Below, one piece after another: positions 13,668-27,583 of a stretch of DNA of 64,000 nt. The DNA lies in NCBI RefSeq assembly GCF_006345805.1, contig NC_043000.1, positions 49,600,001 to 49,664,000 on the forward strand, written 5' to 3'. The number at the start of each line of letters is the position of its first letter. The first letter of the stretch is position 1. Below the pieces are notes generated by a model. The model saw nothing but the letters and a program-made list of their open reading frames with translations. It did not search any database and was not told the DNA's origin. The translations under genes were made by a program, and so were the position numbers. This stretch comes from Octopus sinensis (Eukaryota).

Positions 13668-14585
13668 ATGCGTGTGTGTGTGTGTTTGTGTGTGAATGTT
13701 CAGAAGGAGTTAATAGAGAGAAGGTTTTTCTTCAGAAGACTATTCCATTCTACGTTCATAGCAGATTAAGAAAAATGTTAATCCTATGATGTCTGATACA
13801 CCAAAGTTAATGAAATTAGTAGAATATAACAGGTGCAGTAAGTTTGGTAAGAGAAACAAAGTTGGAATATATAATGATGAAGAATTACACATTTAGCAGA
13901 AAGTTAGCTTTGATCATTTCTGATCAGAAATTGTTGAAAGGCTGCACACTTCATTGTAAGCAACATTTGATGAAAGAGAATATATTTCCTGTCAAGTCTG
14001 ATTGGAGATCAAAGATTGAAAATAAAATTGTAATGAAATACATTCTGAGACCTTGTTTTCCTTTTTCTTTTTAAATTACAGCCATAGTTATAATTTGTAA
14101 TCAATCGAGGAATTTGCTACAATATTTCTGATGCTGGATGTTATTTTTCCATATGAAGATTTTGCATAATGTCTGTCTTTACAGGCAATACTATGCACCA
14201 ACCTTGCTATATACTAACAAAAATTTGCTAGAATGAAAGCTGGGGAAAAACTATATGTTCAGTATGTTCATTATGAAAGAAAATCTTGAAACATTTCTCA
14301 TAACCAACCCACCATTTGAGTGGGTCCAGAGGAGATTAAAGCACTAACATGCAACCCAGGCAATTAAATACATTATTTACTTATCTGTTTATTAGTTGAA
14401 ATAGATAGTTTGTCAAAATTTGAAAAGAGGTTAGTTTGATTTCTTTGAGATAATTTCACCACTCTGTATACCTAAAAAGATCAATATTATCAAATATATG
14501 TTATCCTAATTAAAATCAAAATTTATACAAGTATATTCAGTATTACTAAGGAAAAGGAACACACTTGCTTTTACCATACAAAATA

Positions 14586-14790
14586 TATTGGCTTCAAATT
14601 TTAGTACAAGGCCAGCAATTTCAGGGGGTTGAGGTGTAAGTTGATTACATCAACGCCCAGAGTTCCACTAGTCCTTCTTGTATTGACCCCAAAAGGATGA
14701 AAAGTAAAGTAGACCATTGTAGAATTTGAACTCAGAATGTAAAGATGAAATGCCACTAAACATTTTGCCTGGTGAATTAACAATTCTGCC
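14586..14790 (-). mobile_element. SINE family C fragment
   Basis: GACCCCAAAAGGATGAAAAGTAAAGTAGACC...GAATTTGAACTCAGAA is the reverse complement of the central region of 27035-27258. Confidence 0.65.
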
Positions 14791-14829
14791 AGCCCACCAC
14801 CATATCATACAAAATCATATTACCAACAA

Positions 14830-15200
14830 AAATGTCTGGGTTGATACACTTCCTGATGAGCTACTAGTTCAAATGTACATTACTGCTGTGAATGGGAGCC
14901 AGAAAGTGTATAATTTGGGACCCTGGTCCCTTATTCATTTAACATAGGATCTCAACTTCAGATGTTCTGTCAGTCAAAAATGTTGAAAGTAACTGAGTTA
15001 TTAGTTGTAGAATTGGTATCAATGGCAGTGACCAATAGCAGAGATGTTTTTGCTATTGGTAGTCTGTTTTATGGTATATTGCCCTCTGGTAGATTGGTGG
15101 ACTGTCTTCTTGTGAATTGTGCTTCCACTAAATCAAAAATCATTTCATTTGAACAATCTTACACTCTGGGATATATTCTAGTTACTTCTTTCAAAGTTTA
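14830..15200 (-). pseudogene. Degenerate non-LTR reverse transcriptase fragment
   Basis: Minus-strand translation LPLIPILQLITQLLSTFLTDRTSEVEI (FLTDRT at about 14983-14948) resembles the xFLxxRxxxVxI block preceding GVPQG in LINE RTs; flanked by stops. Confidence 0.4.
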
Positions 15201-16125
15201 TTTTGATCTTTCTTGGTAGAATCATTAAAGCACTGGATAGGATGTATTGCAATATTTGTGCCAGTTTTCTGTGCTCTGTGTTCAAATCTTACCAAGGTTC
15301 ATTTTGCCTTTCATCTTTTAGGGGAGTGGGAGGTCACACACACACACATATGATGAGCTTCCATACAGTTTCTGTTTATAAATTCACTTACAAGACATTT
15401 ATTGGCCTGTACTATATAATAGAAGACACTTGCCCAAGGTACCACATAGTGAAAATGAACCTCAAACAACATGGTTGCAAAACAAGTTCCTAAACTACAC
15501 TGTTAGAATAGAATATGATTGCTTTTTAGTTGAGCTATGAGAAAATAGTGACTGAAGTGAAGTTTAAATTTATGACCATATTGATGGAAATACTGTACAG
15601 TAATCTTGGAGTCATTGTATTCAATACAGACATATATATATATATGTGCATAAACACATAAACAGCCACATACATACACATACACAGAAACATATGTGCA
15701 TACACCAAACCTCACTCTTTCTCTCGTACATACATAAGCAGTGCAATCACCCCATACAAAATAGTGAAACATTAAGATGTATGAATGAAAGGGCAATTAC
15801 CCTTGCCAGAAAATCTGGTGTGAAAATGACAAACAGTGGGAAATAATATAATCCAAATAATTAATTGCGTGATAGACTTGACTATAAAACATTCTCAAGT
15901 TTGTTTCGAGTGTTAGACTCTGTAATGAAATTTATGTTAATAACTGCAGAGACTAATATGGAAAACATATATACATACATCGTACATATATATGTATACA
16001 CATATATCTGTATGCACATACGTATATATATATGTGTGTGTGTCTATTTGTGTGTGTATATATATATATGTGTGTGTTTGCATCTGTGTATACACACATA
16101 CATGCATAGACATATATGTATATAC

Positions 16126-16177
<52 letters not shown>

Positions 16178-17254
16178 GTATATAAACACACACACATACA
16201 CACTCACACACATGCATATATAAAAATTACACAAAAAAACACAACTTGAACATTGATATCTTTCAATCATAATCACGGCGTTATGATGAAAATATATAAT
16301 AAAAAAAAACAAATGAAATAATCAGCAACAACAAAAACAAAAAAATTAGCTAACTATGTAATGTAAAACATGTATAAGGTAAAAAAAACAAAAAAAAACG
16401 CATACACACACACATACACAGACACACAGATACACATACACAAATGAAAAATTCTATAAAAGATATACCTAGACAAAAGTAAATCACTCAACTGAAAAAC
16501 GTTAATCTTGCTTAGTTTCTGTATCATTGCCATGTGTATGATATAAACATAAATAGTTTATCGCTTGCCAGTGTCAGAAGGTAGGATATAAATGGCTAAA
16601 ACTAAGAAGTGGGGGGAAAATAATGGCAAAAACATCAAACATATAACTTAATCATGAAGACTTGCACAAAATAGTGAACAGTTAATAAAAACAGATACCA
16701 GTATGACTTTGCAAGTGTGTGTGGGGGGGGTTGTTATTTTTGTTTTATTTTTTGTTTTTTTTGTGGGGGGGGTTCAGGAATTAATCAATTATGTGTGATT
16801 GGTAATTGCATGGCTACATATGTTTGTTTGTCTGTCTGTCCGTCTGTCTGCTTGCCTATAAATATAAGTGTGTGTGTGTGGATGTGTGTATGGATATTCG
16901 TATGTGTATGTGTGTGAGAAGTGTATGTGAGTTTATATGCATATTAAGTGTTACCATCATACATACTGGAAATATATAGGGAGATATCTATCTCGTTATC
17001 TATCTATCTATCAACCCAAAGTAACAATACATACATTCATATACATGTGAATACTAATATATATGTGGAAAAACATTCAAGTTACAGTCATTAAAATATT
17101 AATAGTATTTAACTCTACACTTACAATGAATGTTCAGTTATTATGCTTATACAAAACCTTCTTCACATTAAATATATGCACACATATGCATGTACCATAT
17201 ATATACATTTATATATATATATATAAATAAATATGTAAATATGTGTGGGGGTAC

Positions 17255-17441
17255 CATCTAAGAGTCAGTAAGTTAGGAAAAAATGCACTCGTATATCTGT
17301 CAATAGTGTGGGTATATTAATCAAGCTATATATCCATTAAGGCCAAGCTTACCATTCAGTTTCACGCTAGGGATTCAACAGAGTGTTAGGTAATAGTCTG
17401 GTTATGTAGCCCTGCACACATCAGAGGTAGCAGTTATGGAA
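17255..17441. repeat. Unclassified dispersed repeat, copy 2
   Basis: Aligns with 7857-8052. Confidence 0.65.
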
Positions 17442-17500
17442 TGAAATGTGTGTGTGTGTGCATATGTATTTCTTTTAATTCTTTTATGCATAATTCCTTC

Positions 17501-17672
17501 AGGCGCAGGAGTGGCTGTGTGGTAAGTAGCTTGCTAACCAGCCACATGGTTCCGGGTTCAGTCCCACTGCTTGGCATCTTGGGCAAGTGCCTTCTGCTAT
17601 AGCCCCGGGCCGACCAATGCCTTGTGAGTGGATTTGGTAGACGGAAACTGAAAGAAGCCTGTCGTATATATG

Positions 17673-17703
<31 letters not shown>

Positions 17704-17910
17704 TTGTGTGTCTGTGTTTGTCCCCCTAGCATTGCTTGACAACCGATGCTAGTGTGTTTACATCCCCGTCACTTAGCGGTTCAGCAAAAGTGACCGATAG
17801 AATAAGTACTGGGCTTACAAAGAATAAGTCCCGGGGTCGATTTGCTCGACTAAAAGGCGGTGCTCCAGCATGGCCGCAGTCAAATGACTGAAACAAGTAA
17901 AAGAGTAAAA
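17501..17910 (+). mobile_element. SINE family A, full length, young
   Basis: A-box-like TGGCTGTGTGG and B-box-like GGTTCAGTCC, CCTTGGGCAAG-type core, internal microsatellite at about 17664-17710, 3' module and (GTAAAAGA)n tail. Very similar to 25572-25955. Confidence 0.9.
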
Positions 17911-18047
17911 GTATATCATTGATGCAGAAGCAGTCATGCAAGATTGCCACAATGATTTTGTACCTTTTCCACAGCTTTCTTATTTGGTTGATTTCTTCAG
18001 TGTGATGGGATTTCATGTCACAACTCCTGCATGTGCTTTTGCTGTGG

Positions 18048-18640
18048 TTATTGGTATAGGAGAGAATTTGACACTACTACCCTCATCTGTATTTCATGGT
18101 GGAATATTATTTCGTTTGGTATCATGAATAGGAGAATGTCCAGTTCTTTTTTGAAGATATCCACAACTACATTGTGTAGGTTTCTCAATTGCTTTGGCAG
18201 AATACTGAAGAGCTGTGGGCCTTTGAACTCTAAGCTATTTCAGTACCTGGTTCTCAATTTAGATGGGGGTGAATAGTACTACACATTGTCATCCAGTTCA
18301 GGCAGTTGTATAACATTTGGGGCCAAAATTAGGTATTAGCCCTTCCAGAATTTTCCAAGCATAGATTATTACATATTTCTTGCATCTTCACTCCAAGGTA
18401 TAAAGTCGTATTTTTTTTTCAGCCTCTCCTTGCAGTTCATCTGCTGCAATGTTACAATAGTTTTAGAGTACAAATCCAACCTCAGTCTATTTTACAACAG
18501 GCAGAGAAAACATTTGACAACAGACAGAGGATACGCTGGGGTCTATTCTTTGGTAAGCTATTCCCCACTCATCATAATTTCTTGCTGATATATCTTGCTG
18601 ATCTGGTTGCAGTGATCAATGTTCATGCAGTACATAAGCT
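18048..18640 (-). pseudogene. CR1/L2-group LINE ORF2 C-terminal fossil
   Basis: Minus strand reads YVIIYAWKILEGLIPNFG and, over 18239-18048, NSLEFKGPQLFSILPKQLRNLHNVVVDIFKKELDILLFMIPNEIIFHHEIQMRVVVSNSLLYQ*. This fits the GPxLFNxLP...FKxxLD end of CR1-like ORF2; frameshifts and stops lie upstream. Confidence 0.75.
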
Positions 18641-19479
18641 CACTCCCTCCATCAACTCGATATATCTTGTGCAGGTGTGCTGTGTACTACATGTCAAATA
18701 TTGAAATGATTACAGAGCAATGTGAGATTAAGTGTTTTGCTCAAGGACTCAATGCACTTCCTGGTTTGGGAATCAAAACTACAGTCAGACAATCACAATT
18801 GCAACACCCTATCAACTAAGCCATTACAATGATATAGTATATATTATACATTTAAGTAACACACAGATATGCACAAACATGTACATAGATATCACAAACT
18901 ATTATATAGCTATTTTCACAAATTATAAACTGAACAGCAGTGTGTGCATGTATGTTCATCGGTGTGTTCCCATATGTGTGTCTGAGTGTCCATTTGTTTT
19001 CTTCTAGTAACATACATATGGAATTATTTAAGAATCATATGCAGACACAACATACACATACAACATACACATACAACAAAATATGTTTATATACACTGAA
19101 AGCAACTTATGATTTCTTAGTTTATTCTTCTATTTATTTTTACTCTGCCTTTGCATCATAAGCTATTGGAAAAGAGTTGCTATCTTTCAATTGTTCTGTA
19201 ATGAAATTATGAAAAGAAATTGTCACATACTGGGTTAGCAATTATTGAGCAAGATTGTGTGTTACTTTCATATAACAGAAACCCATAATTATGGCTTAGT
19301 CTTGCTGGCTGTTTCTGTGACTTAGCTGATATGAATGACAAAAAAACATTTATATACATGAAATTCTACTATAAAATGATATCTTGTCTTTGGGTTACAC
19401 AAGAGATATTTCTGTTGTCAATAGAAGTAGAGAACACATCAAAAAAAAAAAAAACTAAGACAGATATACCATGTTTGTA

Positions 19480-19605
19480 TGCATATGTGTGTATGTGTGT
19501 GTATTAATATATATGTATGCATAATATATATATATATATTTATACATATATACATATATATTTATATATATATATACATACATATATATATACATATATA
19601 TATGC

Positions 19606-19646
<41 letters not shown>

Positions 19647-19813
19647 TATGTATATATATACACATGTATATATATATTGATATATGTCAAATATATATGC
19701 ATGCATATATATATTAAACATATATGAATATGTACATATATATGTATATATAGAAATATATATATATATATATATACACATATTTAAGTATATATATTGA
19801 TATATATCCCAAA

Positions 19814-19863
<50 letters not shown>

Positions 19864-19880
19864 TATGTGGGTATATGTAT
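19480..19880. repeat. Degenerate (TA)n/(TACA)n microsatellite
   Basis: Direct reading. Confidence 0.95.
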
Positions 19881-20278
19881 ATGACTCAATTATGATATTT
19901 GAGTGCACATTTCAAGAAGACGTTTGTGGCATACGTCATTGTACAAGCATATGTGTTAAAAAAATGAAAAAAAAAAATAATAATAAATAAATAAATGCAA
20001 AAAGAAACAATCTGTATATCTCAACAAAGATCTAAATTTGATGTCAATTTGACAGCAAGCTAATCTTGGGATTCTATTTCTAGTTGGGATGGTTAGTACT
20101 ATTCACTCCTTTATTTTTTCAACATACACACATACAAAAGCACAAACGTATACATAGGTAATAATAGATCACTCTCTCACTTTCTTCATGTGCATGTGTG
20201 AATGTGTGCGTGTAGTGCATGTGTGCGTGTAGTGCATGTGTGTGTGTGTGTATACATATATGTATTAAGAAATAAAGA

Positions 20279-20565
20279 TGATCAATGTCGTCGTCGTTTA
20301 ACGTCCGTTCTCCATGCTAGCATGGGTTGGACGGTTCGACCGGGTTTCTGGGAAGCCAGAAGGCTGCACCAGGCTCCAGTCTAATTTGGCAATGTTTCTA
20401 CAGCTGGATGCCCTCCTAACGCCAACCACTCCGTGAGTGTAGTTGCTTTTTACGTGCCACCTGCACAGGTGCCAGGCGGGGCTGGCAACGGCCACGGTCA
20501 GATTGTGTATTTTATGTGCCACCGGCACGGAAGCCAGTCGAGGCGGTGCTGGCATCGGCCACGTA
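20279..20565 (-). mobile_element. SINE-like family B, young copy
   Basis: CGTCGTTTAACGTCCG...CCATGCTAGCATGGGTTGGACGG...GCTGGATGCCC.CCTAACGCCAACCAC; includes two upstream hairpin units. Confidence 0.85.
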
Positions 20566-20641
20566 ATAATAAATAATTATTAACTTCCTATCTCCATTTT
20601 CTTTACTTTTAACTGGATATAATGTGTATATTTTATATCAT

Positions 20642-20820
20642 CATTATTATTGTTTAACGTCCGTTCTCCATGCTAGCATGGGTTGGACGGTTCGACCGGG
20701 GATCTGGGAAGCCAGAAGGCTGCACCAGGCTCCAGTCTTATCTGGCAATGTTTCTATAGCTGGATGCCCTTCCTAACACCAACCAGTCCGTGAGTGTAGT
20801 GGGTGCTTTTTGCATGCCAT
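20642..20820 (-). mobile_element. SINE-like family B, 5'-truncated copy
   Basis: Near-identical to 20297-20455, same orientation. Confidence 0.85.
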
Positions 20821-21128
20821 ATATATATATACACTCATATATTCATATCTATTCATGTGTGTGTATGTATGTATGTATGTACTTATATGTATGCATATAT
20901 AGATAATGAAAATCAGTTAACTTCATAACTATAACTGCTGGGAAACTCTAAATACTGTGAGTGCTTCATGCTTGTATAAGTTTGATATATATAATGTACA
21001 TGTATAAATATGAATATATATCTATCTATTTGCATGTATATGTATATAAAGTACACACACACACATATATATATATATATGTTGTGGTGCACCTGAGCAC
21101 TGTATACAATAATTTCATTATTATTATG

Positions 21129-21159
<31 letters not shown>

Positions 21160-21723
21160 CATATACACACATATATATATATACATATACACACATATAT
21201 TTATATCTATATTATTCAAGTTTAAAAAGTCCTTCTTGAATTGGTTGAATGATGGGTTTTACAGGACATTTCTGGTATTATTTAGTCCATGCTTACATTT
21301 AACTATTTGCGTATAGTTATCCATCTATATTTACACAAATAAATATAGGCTATTTGCTTGTTTAGCTTTTTTTTCTTCAATGCAAGGTTTTTGAAGCAGG
21401 ATTTTTATGACCAGAAGCTTTTCCTTTTTCCAGCTTTTATCTGTTCAGTTAATAAAGAATTCCTGAGAAGCTTTGTAGTTCAGAGCTAGAGGTTGTTGGG
21501 TTGATAGGAAATTTCAAGAAATGTCACTGTGAGCAGCCTAGTCACAAATGATGACATGACATATTGCTTTGAAGTATACTGTGTTTTTTTACACTATACA
21601 TCTCTAAAGGAATCTCTACCAGTTGAAATGCCATCGCTAGAAGTGTTCAACAACAAACATATGTCATGTAACAATGATTACTATTTCACTATTGAGCTGG
21701 TTTTAACACAAAATTTGAATGTA

Positions 21724-21763
<40 letters not shown>

Positions 21764-21823
21764 TAGATAGATAGATACATACATACATACATACATACAT
21801 ACATACATACATACACATACATA

Positions 21824-21958
21824 CAATGGGCTTCTTTCAGTTTCCCTCAATCAGATCTACTCATAAGGCTTTAGTCAGTCCAAGATACCACTCAGTGGAC
21901 TGAACCTGGAATAATGTGGCTAGGAAGCAAACATCTTAACCACTCAGTCATGCCTGTG
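21824..21958 (-). mobile_element. SINE family A, 5' module
   Basis: GGGCTTCTTTCAGTTTCC...CAGTGGACTGAACC...ACCACTCAGTCATGCCTG. Confidence 0.75.
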
Positions 21959-22443
21959 TATATATATATATTACTATATATATATATATATATATATATA
22001 CATACACACACACATATATATATACATATATATATATGCTCCTTTACACAACATGGGCTCAACTCCCCTTCCCTCTTCATCTGACTCCCCTCCTCTCCTC
22101 TCTTGCCCTGACACCTACTTCCTCTCTTTACTCCTACCCAGCTTCTCCCTTCATTGATACTCCCTCCTTCCACACCCACTCCACACATCTCACTTCCACA
22201 TACCCCACCCTTACCTCCACCTCCACATCCTCGCCGCCAAACCCACACCCCACCCTCACATCCCCACACATCTCACACCACATTACACACCCCCACATCA
22301 CTCCACAAACACTAGCACTGACCACTTCCCAGCACCCCCACACCATCATCCACACACACATACATTAGATGCACACACGCACACATTCACATGTCAAAGT
22401 CATCAGCCCCTATCCCCCCACACACACACTCTCTCATACACTC

Positions 22444-22720
22444 ACGTTTTGGGATCACCAGTACTTTATTATCTCCCCCTTCTTCCTAGCTCTCCTGTCC
22501 AACTGTTTTTTTCCAGCCAGTCACCATGATTGACTGCTAAATCCACACGTTTTCTTTTTTTTCATTCTCTCCTTGTTTATTTCCTCATGTTCCTTTCTGC
22601 TGAAGAGCATAGGCTCGAAACATAAATGACTTTCTCATCTTCCCAAACATCAGGCTAATACACCTGCTTGCTGTTTATACACCTGTCTTTATTTTCTGTT
22701 TTTCTGTAAATTTCAGCTAT
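22444..22720 (+). mobile_element. Penelope-like element terminal remnant carrying a hammerhead-like motif (copy 2)
   Basis: Aligns with 975-1210; CTGCTGAAGAGC-ATAG-GCTCGAAAC at 22597-22621. Confidence 0.5.
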
Positions 22721-22749
22721 ATATATACACATACATAAACTAACATACA

Positions 22750-23215
22750 CACACATGAGTGTGAGTGTGCATGAGAAGGACATGGGATGAGGAAGGACAT
22801 ATAAGTATTATTCATACATCATTGTCAGCTGTCTGTTATAGGGGGATGTTGACTGTCCATTCGGTTCTCTGAACAAATTCCCTTTCGACAGTAAGGTAGT
22901 TGGCACTAATCGCCTCACCCCACCAGACTTCCTCTCTGGGCTTCCATGCCAATTACCAAGGGGTGTGGAAGAGTACAGCAAGCATGGCCTAAAATGAGGC
23001 ATCCTGCAGTAGAAGCTTATTTGCTAGTTAAACCCCACCAACCATTGTCTGATGATACTGATCTTCCACTTGGCCGCAATAAACTTCAAACTGGTCTAGG
23101 ACTCTCCCACCTTGGTTGGTTATCCAACCTTCTACTACTGCCATCTTCACCATATTTCTGGCACAGGAGGCTAAGGGGTTGCTAGCATTTACCCAAGGTG
23201 CCACCCCAGTCCACA
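22750..23215 (-). mobile_element. Probable LINE (RTE-like) 5' UTR and ORF-start fossil
   Basis: GC-richer island. The minus strand ends in a degenerate NIxTYNxRxxM-like segment resembling the first APE endonuclease motif. Weak evidence. Confidence 0.3.
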
Positions 23216-24929
23216 CACAGAAGGGGCTACTTTAACAGCCTGTCATTTATGTAAGTGCTGTACTGTATTGCATACTAAAAATGTATAGGTATGTATTTGA
23301 TAACTCACAATTCACAGTTCATACATTACTAGTGTACATGGCCAAAATACTAAATACTTACTGCCCCAGTCCATCAAGAAGTAAAGTGGTACCATAGGAT
23401 AATATGTCTTGCAGCTTAAAAGGTAACATGTACTATATAATTGATGGATGTTTTCTTACTTAGTAGAACTGAGTGTTAAGTTCTGGTTCAAGACCTTTAA
23501 TCACAGTCAGAATTTCAGATATTACTGCTGTCAGTATGTTGTACTCCTGTGTAAAACATCAAAGTCAACTTGCTCCAGTTTGCATTAGTGAACAATTTCA
23601 TTCCAACTTTATGGTTGAACAGAGAGAGCAGTAATCAATTTCCTTTTTCTTTTTTTCTTTCTTTTTTTTTTTAGTTTTTGACTTTACTCTCTTTCAACTA
23701 TTTACTTTAAACAGAGTTTATTTTTGTAATCTGACAATCAAATTGTCTGTAAATCAGATGTTTCTTTCTGTTGCAAGCTATTCAGTGAGTCAAAGTAAAA
23801 CCTTTTAATCACAGCTCTAAAGAATATGTGATTGAATGGCATATTCTGTTATTAATTAATCTTTGATGTGTATTTGTGTCATGTCTTTTCCAAACATAAA
23901 TTCTATTGCTCTTACAATTCCTTCTTATCTTCTTCCAGCTCAAAGTATCTGATTCTTCAACACGATGATCTTTGTAGCTATTATTGTTGTTGTTGTTCAA
24001 AAGCAGGTCTTTGTGTAAACCCATAATCAAAGACATTCCAGCCATAACCATCTCGTCTTGTAAGAGAGGTATAAATTACTCTGAATTATCTAGTGTGTAC
24101 TTTTCTTTCCAAAGATGGTAGGTTGTGACTTGAGACAAATTTAGGTGTTATCTTTTTTTTTAATATGCATTTTTGTTGCAGGTGGATAACTTCAGTCAGA
24201 CCTTTGAAATCATACTCAGTATATAATGTAGAGCATAATAATATTTTTGTGACTGACCATTATGTCATTATATAAGTGTTGTGCTTACATGTCCAGCTGC
24301 ACCCCCAGTTTCATCTCCCTATCACTTACTTCCATCAGTCTTCTAACTACTACATTATTCTGCTGTTGTATTTAAATGAAAGCAGAACTGCATATATCAT
24401 CATTTCTTTCTGTACTAAGTTAATTCTTCCTCTCTCCTGAACCATTTTGTTTAGCCAGCCAAAACCCTCATTCTTAACATCATCTCTTCCCACACATATT
24501 TTTCATTGATCACACTTTATGTGCTGCCAGTCACCACTTTCTCTCCTTTAGCCATTTCCTATTGCCACCCACTCCTTATACTTACCACCTTCTCATATCT
24601 ACTATTAATCACACCCCACCTTAATATATATACAGTTACAACCACACACACACACTCACATAACACACATACACATATCCTTCTGTAACTACTATTAAAT
24701 TCTAAGATTACTGTCCACATTCCTTGATACTAACATGAATCCATGGTAATAAGTGGCATTGTATATGTTATATATATTGCATATATATATATGTATATTT
24801 CCACATATACACACACACATATATACATACATATACATACACATATAGATATATTATGCATGTATATGTTTGTGTCTATATATATATATATATATATAAT
24901 GTATGTATTTATGTGTATGTATGTATATA

Positions 24930-24966
<37 letters not shown>

Positions 24967-25571
24967 GTATACAGAGAGAGAGGGAGGGAGGATTACATTA
25001 TACAGAACAGCTTACTCTTCAGTCTTCATGTGTCTTTTCCTTTTTGATGGCTTGAATTAACTAGGTAAATTTGATCCGTACAGCCATGCATACTCTGAAT
25101 GCAAAGCATCATTTTTCTTGCTTTTGTTAGAAATTATTCTGAGTTAAGAAATATATTGCATTTGTACATACACCAAAAGTGTATGTAAAAATAGCACAAT
25201 TTTCCTCCTGATTGAATGTATTCAGTTATATGATAAGTTACAGATCAATAAAAGGCACAAGGTTAGTTCAAACCAAGGATTAGTTAACCTCAAGTCCACA
25301 TCACTGGCACAGAGCAAATTTTTTTTTTTTTTCTTTTGTAACACTTCAAACCTGTACATCACCAACAAACAGTGAATAGACGAGAGAAGTAAAATCTTAA
25401 CTACTAGCTGATACTGACACACTTGTACTTTTCCTCCATTTTTTTTTTTTTTTAAAATTTTTATTTCATAGGTTATTGTCTTTTTTCTTCATAACTTGTC
25501 GCTTTAACAGGTTCTGAAATGAAAACATATATTTAAACACACATGCAATATATATATAAATATATATATAT

Positions 25572-25955
25572 AGGCGCAGGAGTGGCTGTGTGGTAAGTAG
25601 CTTGCTAATCAGCCACATGGTTCTGGGTTAAGTCCCACTGCGTGGCATCTTGGGCAAGTGTCTTCTGCTATAGCCCCAGGCCGACCAATGCCTTGTCAGT
25701 GGATTTGGTAGACGGAAACTGAAAGAAGCCTGTCGTATATATGTGTATATATGTGTATGTGTGTGTGTTTGTCCCCTTAGCATTGCTTGACAACTGATGC
25801 TGGTGTGTTTATGTCCCCATAACTTAGCGGTTCAGCAAAAGAGACCGATAGAATAAGTACTGGGCTTACAAAGAATAAGTCCCGGGGTCGATTTGCTCGA
25901 CTTAAGGCGATGCTCCAGCATGGCCGCAGTCAAATGACTGAAACAAGTAAAAGAG
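25572..25955 (+). mobile_element. SINE family A, full length, young
   Basis: Same modules as 17501-17910; inserted in a (TA)n context. Confidence 0.9.
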
Positions 25956-26134
25956 AGATATATATTATATATTATATATATATGTATATATATATATATA
26001 TATATGTATATTATATATATATATATATATGTATGTATATTATATGTATTATATATATGTATATATATTATATATATTATATATATGTATATATATTATA
26101 TATTATATATATTATATATATATATACATGTATT

Positions 26135-26342
26135 ATCATCATCGTTTAGCGTCCGCTTTCCATGCTAGCATGGGTTGGACGGTTCAACTGGGGTCTGGGA
26201 AGCCAGAAGGCTGCACCAGGCCCAGTCTGATCTGGCAATGTTTCTACGGCTGGATGCCCTTCCTAACGCCAACCACTCCATGAGTGTAGTTGGTGCTTTT
26301 TACGTGCCACCGGCACAGGTGCCAGGCGAGGCTGGCAACGGC
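26135..26342 (-). mobile_element. SINE-like family B copy
   Basis: CATCATCGTTTAGCGTCCG...GGATGCCCTTCCTAACGCCAACC...GGCTGGCAACGGC. Confidence 0.85.
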
Positions 26343-27034
26343 ATATATGTATATATATATGTATAAACATACACACACATATATGTGTATGTAGATATGT
26401 GTGTGTATGTGTGTGTGTATCTGCTCAGGGTCTCCAACACATGCCAGCATGGAAAAAGGATGTTTGGTGATGATGATCATGACAGCGACGATGATGACAA
26501 CGACAATGATGGCATGTGTGCGTGCATGCGTATTCTTTGATATTTATGTACTTACATTCTTTTTCATGGAGTTGAAGCTGGTCATTGAGAAAGTGACAAG
26601 ACTTTTTGAGCTAAGACAGTTCCTGCAGTTTGTAAATATCTAATAGATTTAGTGTGCATATATTTAGGTGTATGCACTTGCACTAACATTCTGTGTATGT
26701 ACATACCTGTTATATATGCACATGTCTTTGTGATATTTTTATATGTGCACTTTTCTGAAAATCATGGAGTTACAAGCAATGACATGGTTGTCGTTTTCTT
26801 GCCAACATATTGTCTGATGGTTTTGCACTTTTGAAGACAGTGTGTGGAATAAGAAATTCTTTATATGTAAAACGGGTAAGGGTTAATGACAAAATGCACA
26901 TCTACCTTTAAAACAACTCCTTATTAATGTATGCCCCTAACCCATGCAGGCATGGAAAAAATAGCCGTAACAAATGAATATTCTACATGTGAAGATAAAA
27001 GAAGATAAAATAGTTATTAGAAAATTAATGAGCT

Positions 27035-27258
27035 GGCAGAAATATTAGCATGCCGGGCGAAATGCTTACCAGTATTTCGTCTGCCACTACATGTTCTGAG
27101 TTCAACTTCCACCACGGTCAACTTTGCTTTTCATCCTTTCGGAGTCGATAAATTAAGTACCAGTTACGCACTGGGGTAGATGTAATTGACTTAATCCCTT
27201 TGTCTGTCCTTGTCTATTCCCTCTATGTTTAGCCCCTTGTGGGCAATAAAAAAATAAG
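27035..27258 (+). mobile_element. SINE family C, near full length
   Basis: GCTGGCAGAA.TATTAGCATGCCGGGCGAAATGC...TTCTGAGTTCAA...TTTCATCCTTTCGGAGTCGATAAATTAAGTACCAG...; A-rich end. The reverse complement lies at 33690-33828. Confidence 0.85.
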
Positions 27259-27583
27259 AAGACAAACTTCTTCATTTTCAAATGTGTTATTATCCTTGTA
27301 TGGGGTACAAAAATGAATCAAACATTTCATAGGGGTGCAGAGCATGAAAATATTTTGAAACCCTTGCTCTAATTTATAATATCATCATTATCAGCATCAT
27401 TCAACATCCATGTTCCGTGCTGGCATAGGTTAAACATCAAGCAACAGCTGGACTTACTGATATGGATTGAACTTGCTGGCATAGATTATGCAAGTCACTT
27501 GATCAGCAAATAGCAATAGCTAAGTATACTTAAATCAAACCCTACTGACTTAAAAAATGAAGTGACTGTATATAATGTCACCT

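Noticed and set aside
24150-24226. Acceptor TTTTGTTGCAG at 24181 followed by the short frame VDNFSQTFEIILSI*
   Set aside because: No recognisable homology, no strong donor, and no partner exon in frame.
26556-26622. Candidate 67-nt minus-strand exon (CTGCAG...GTAAGT) with one open frame
   Set aside because: Poor pyrimidine tract and an unrecognisable peptide; GTAAGT is common by chance at this base composition.
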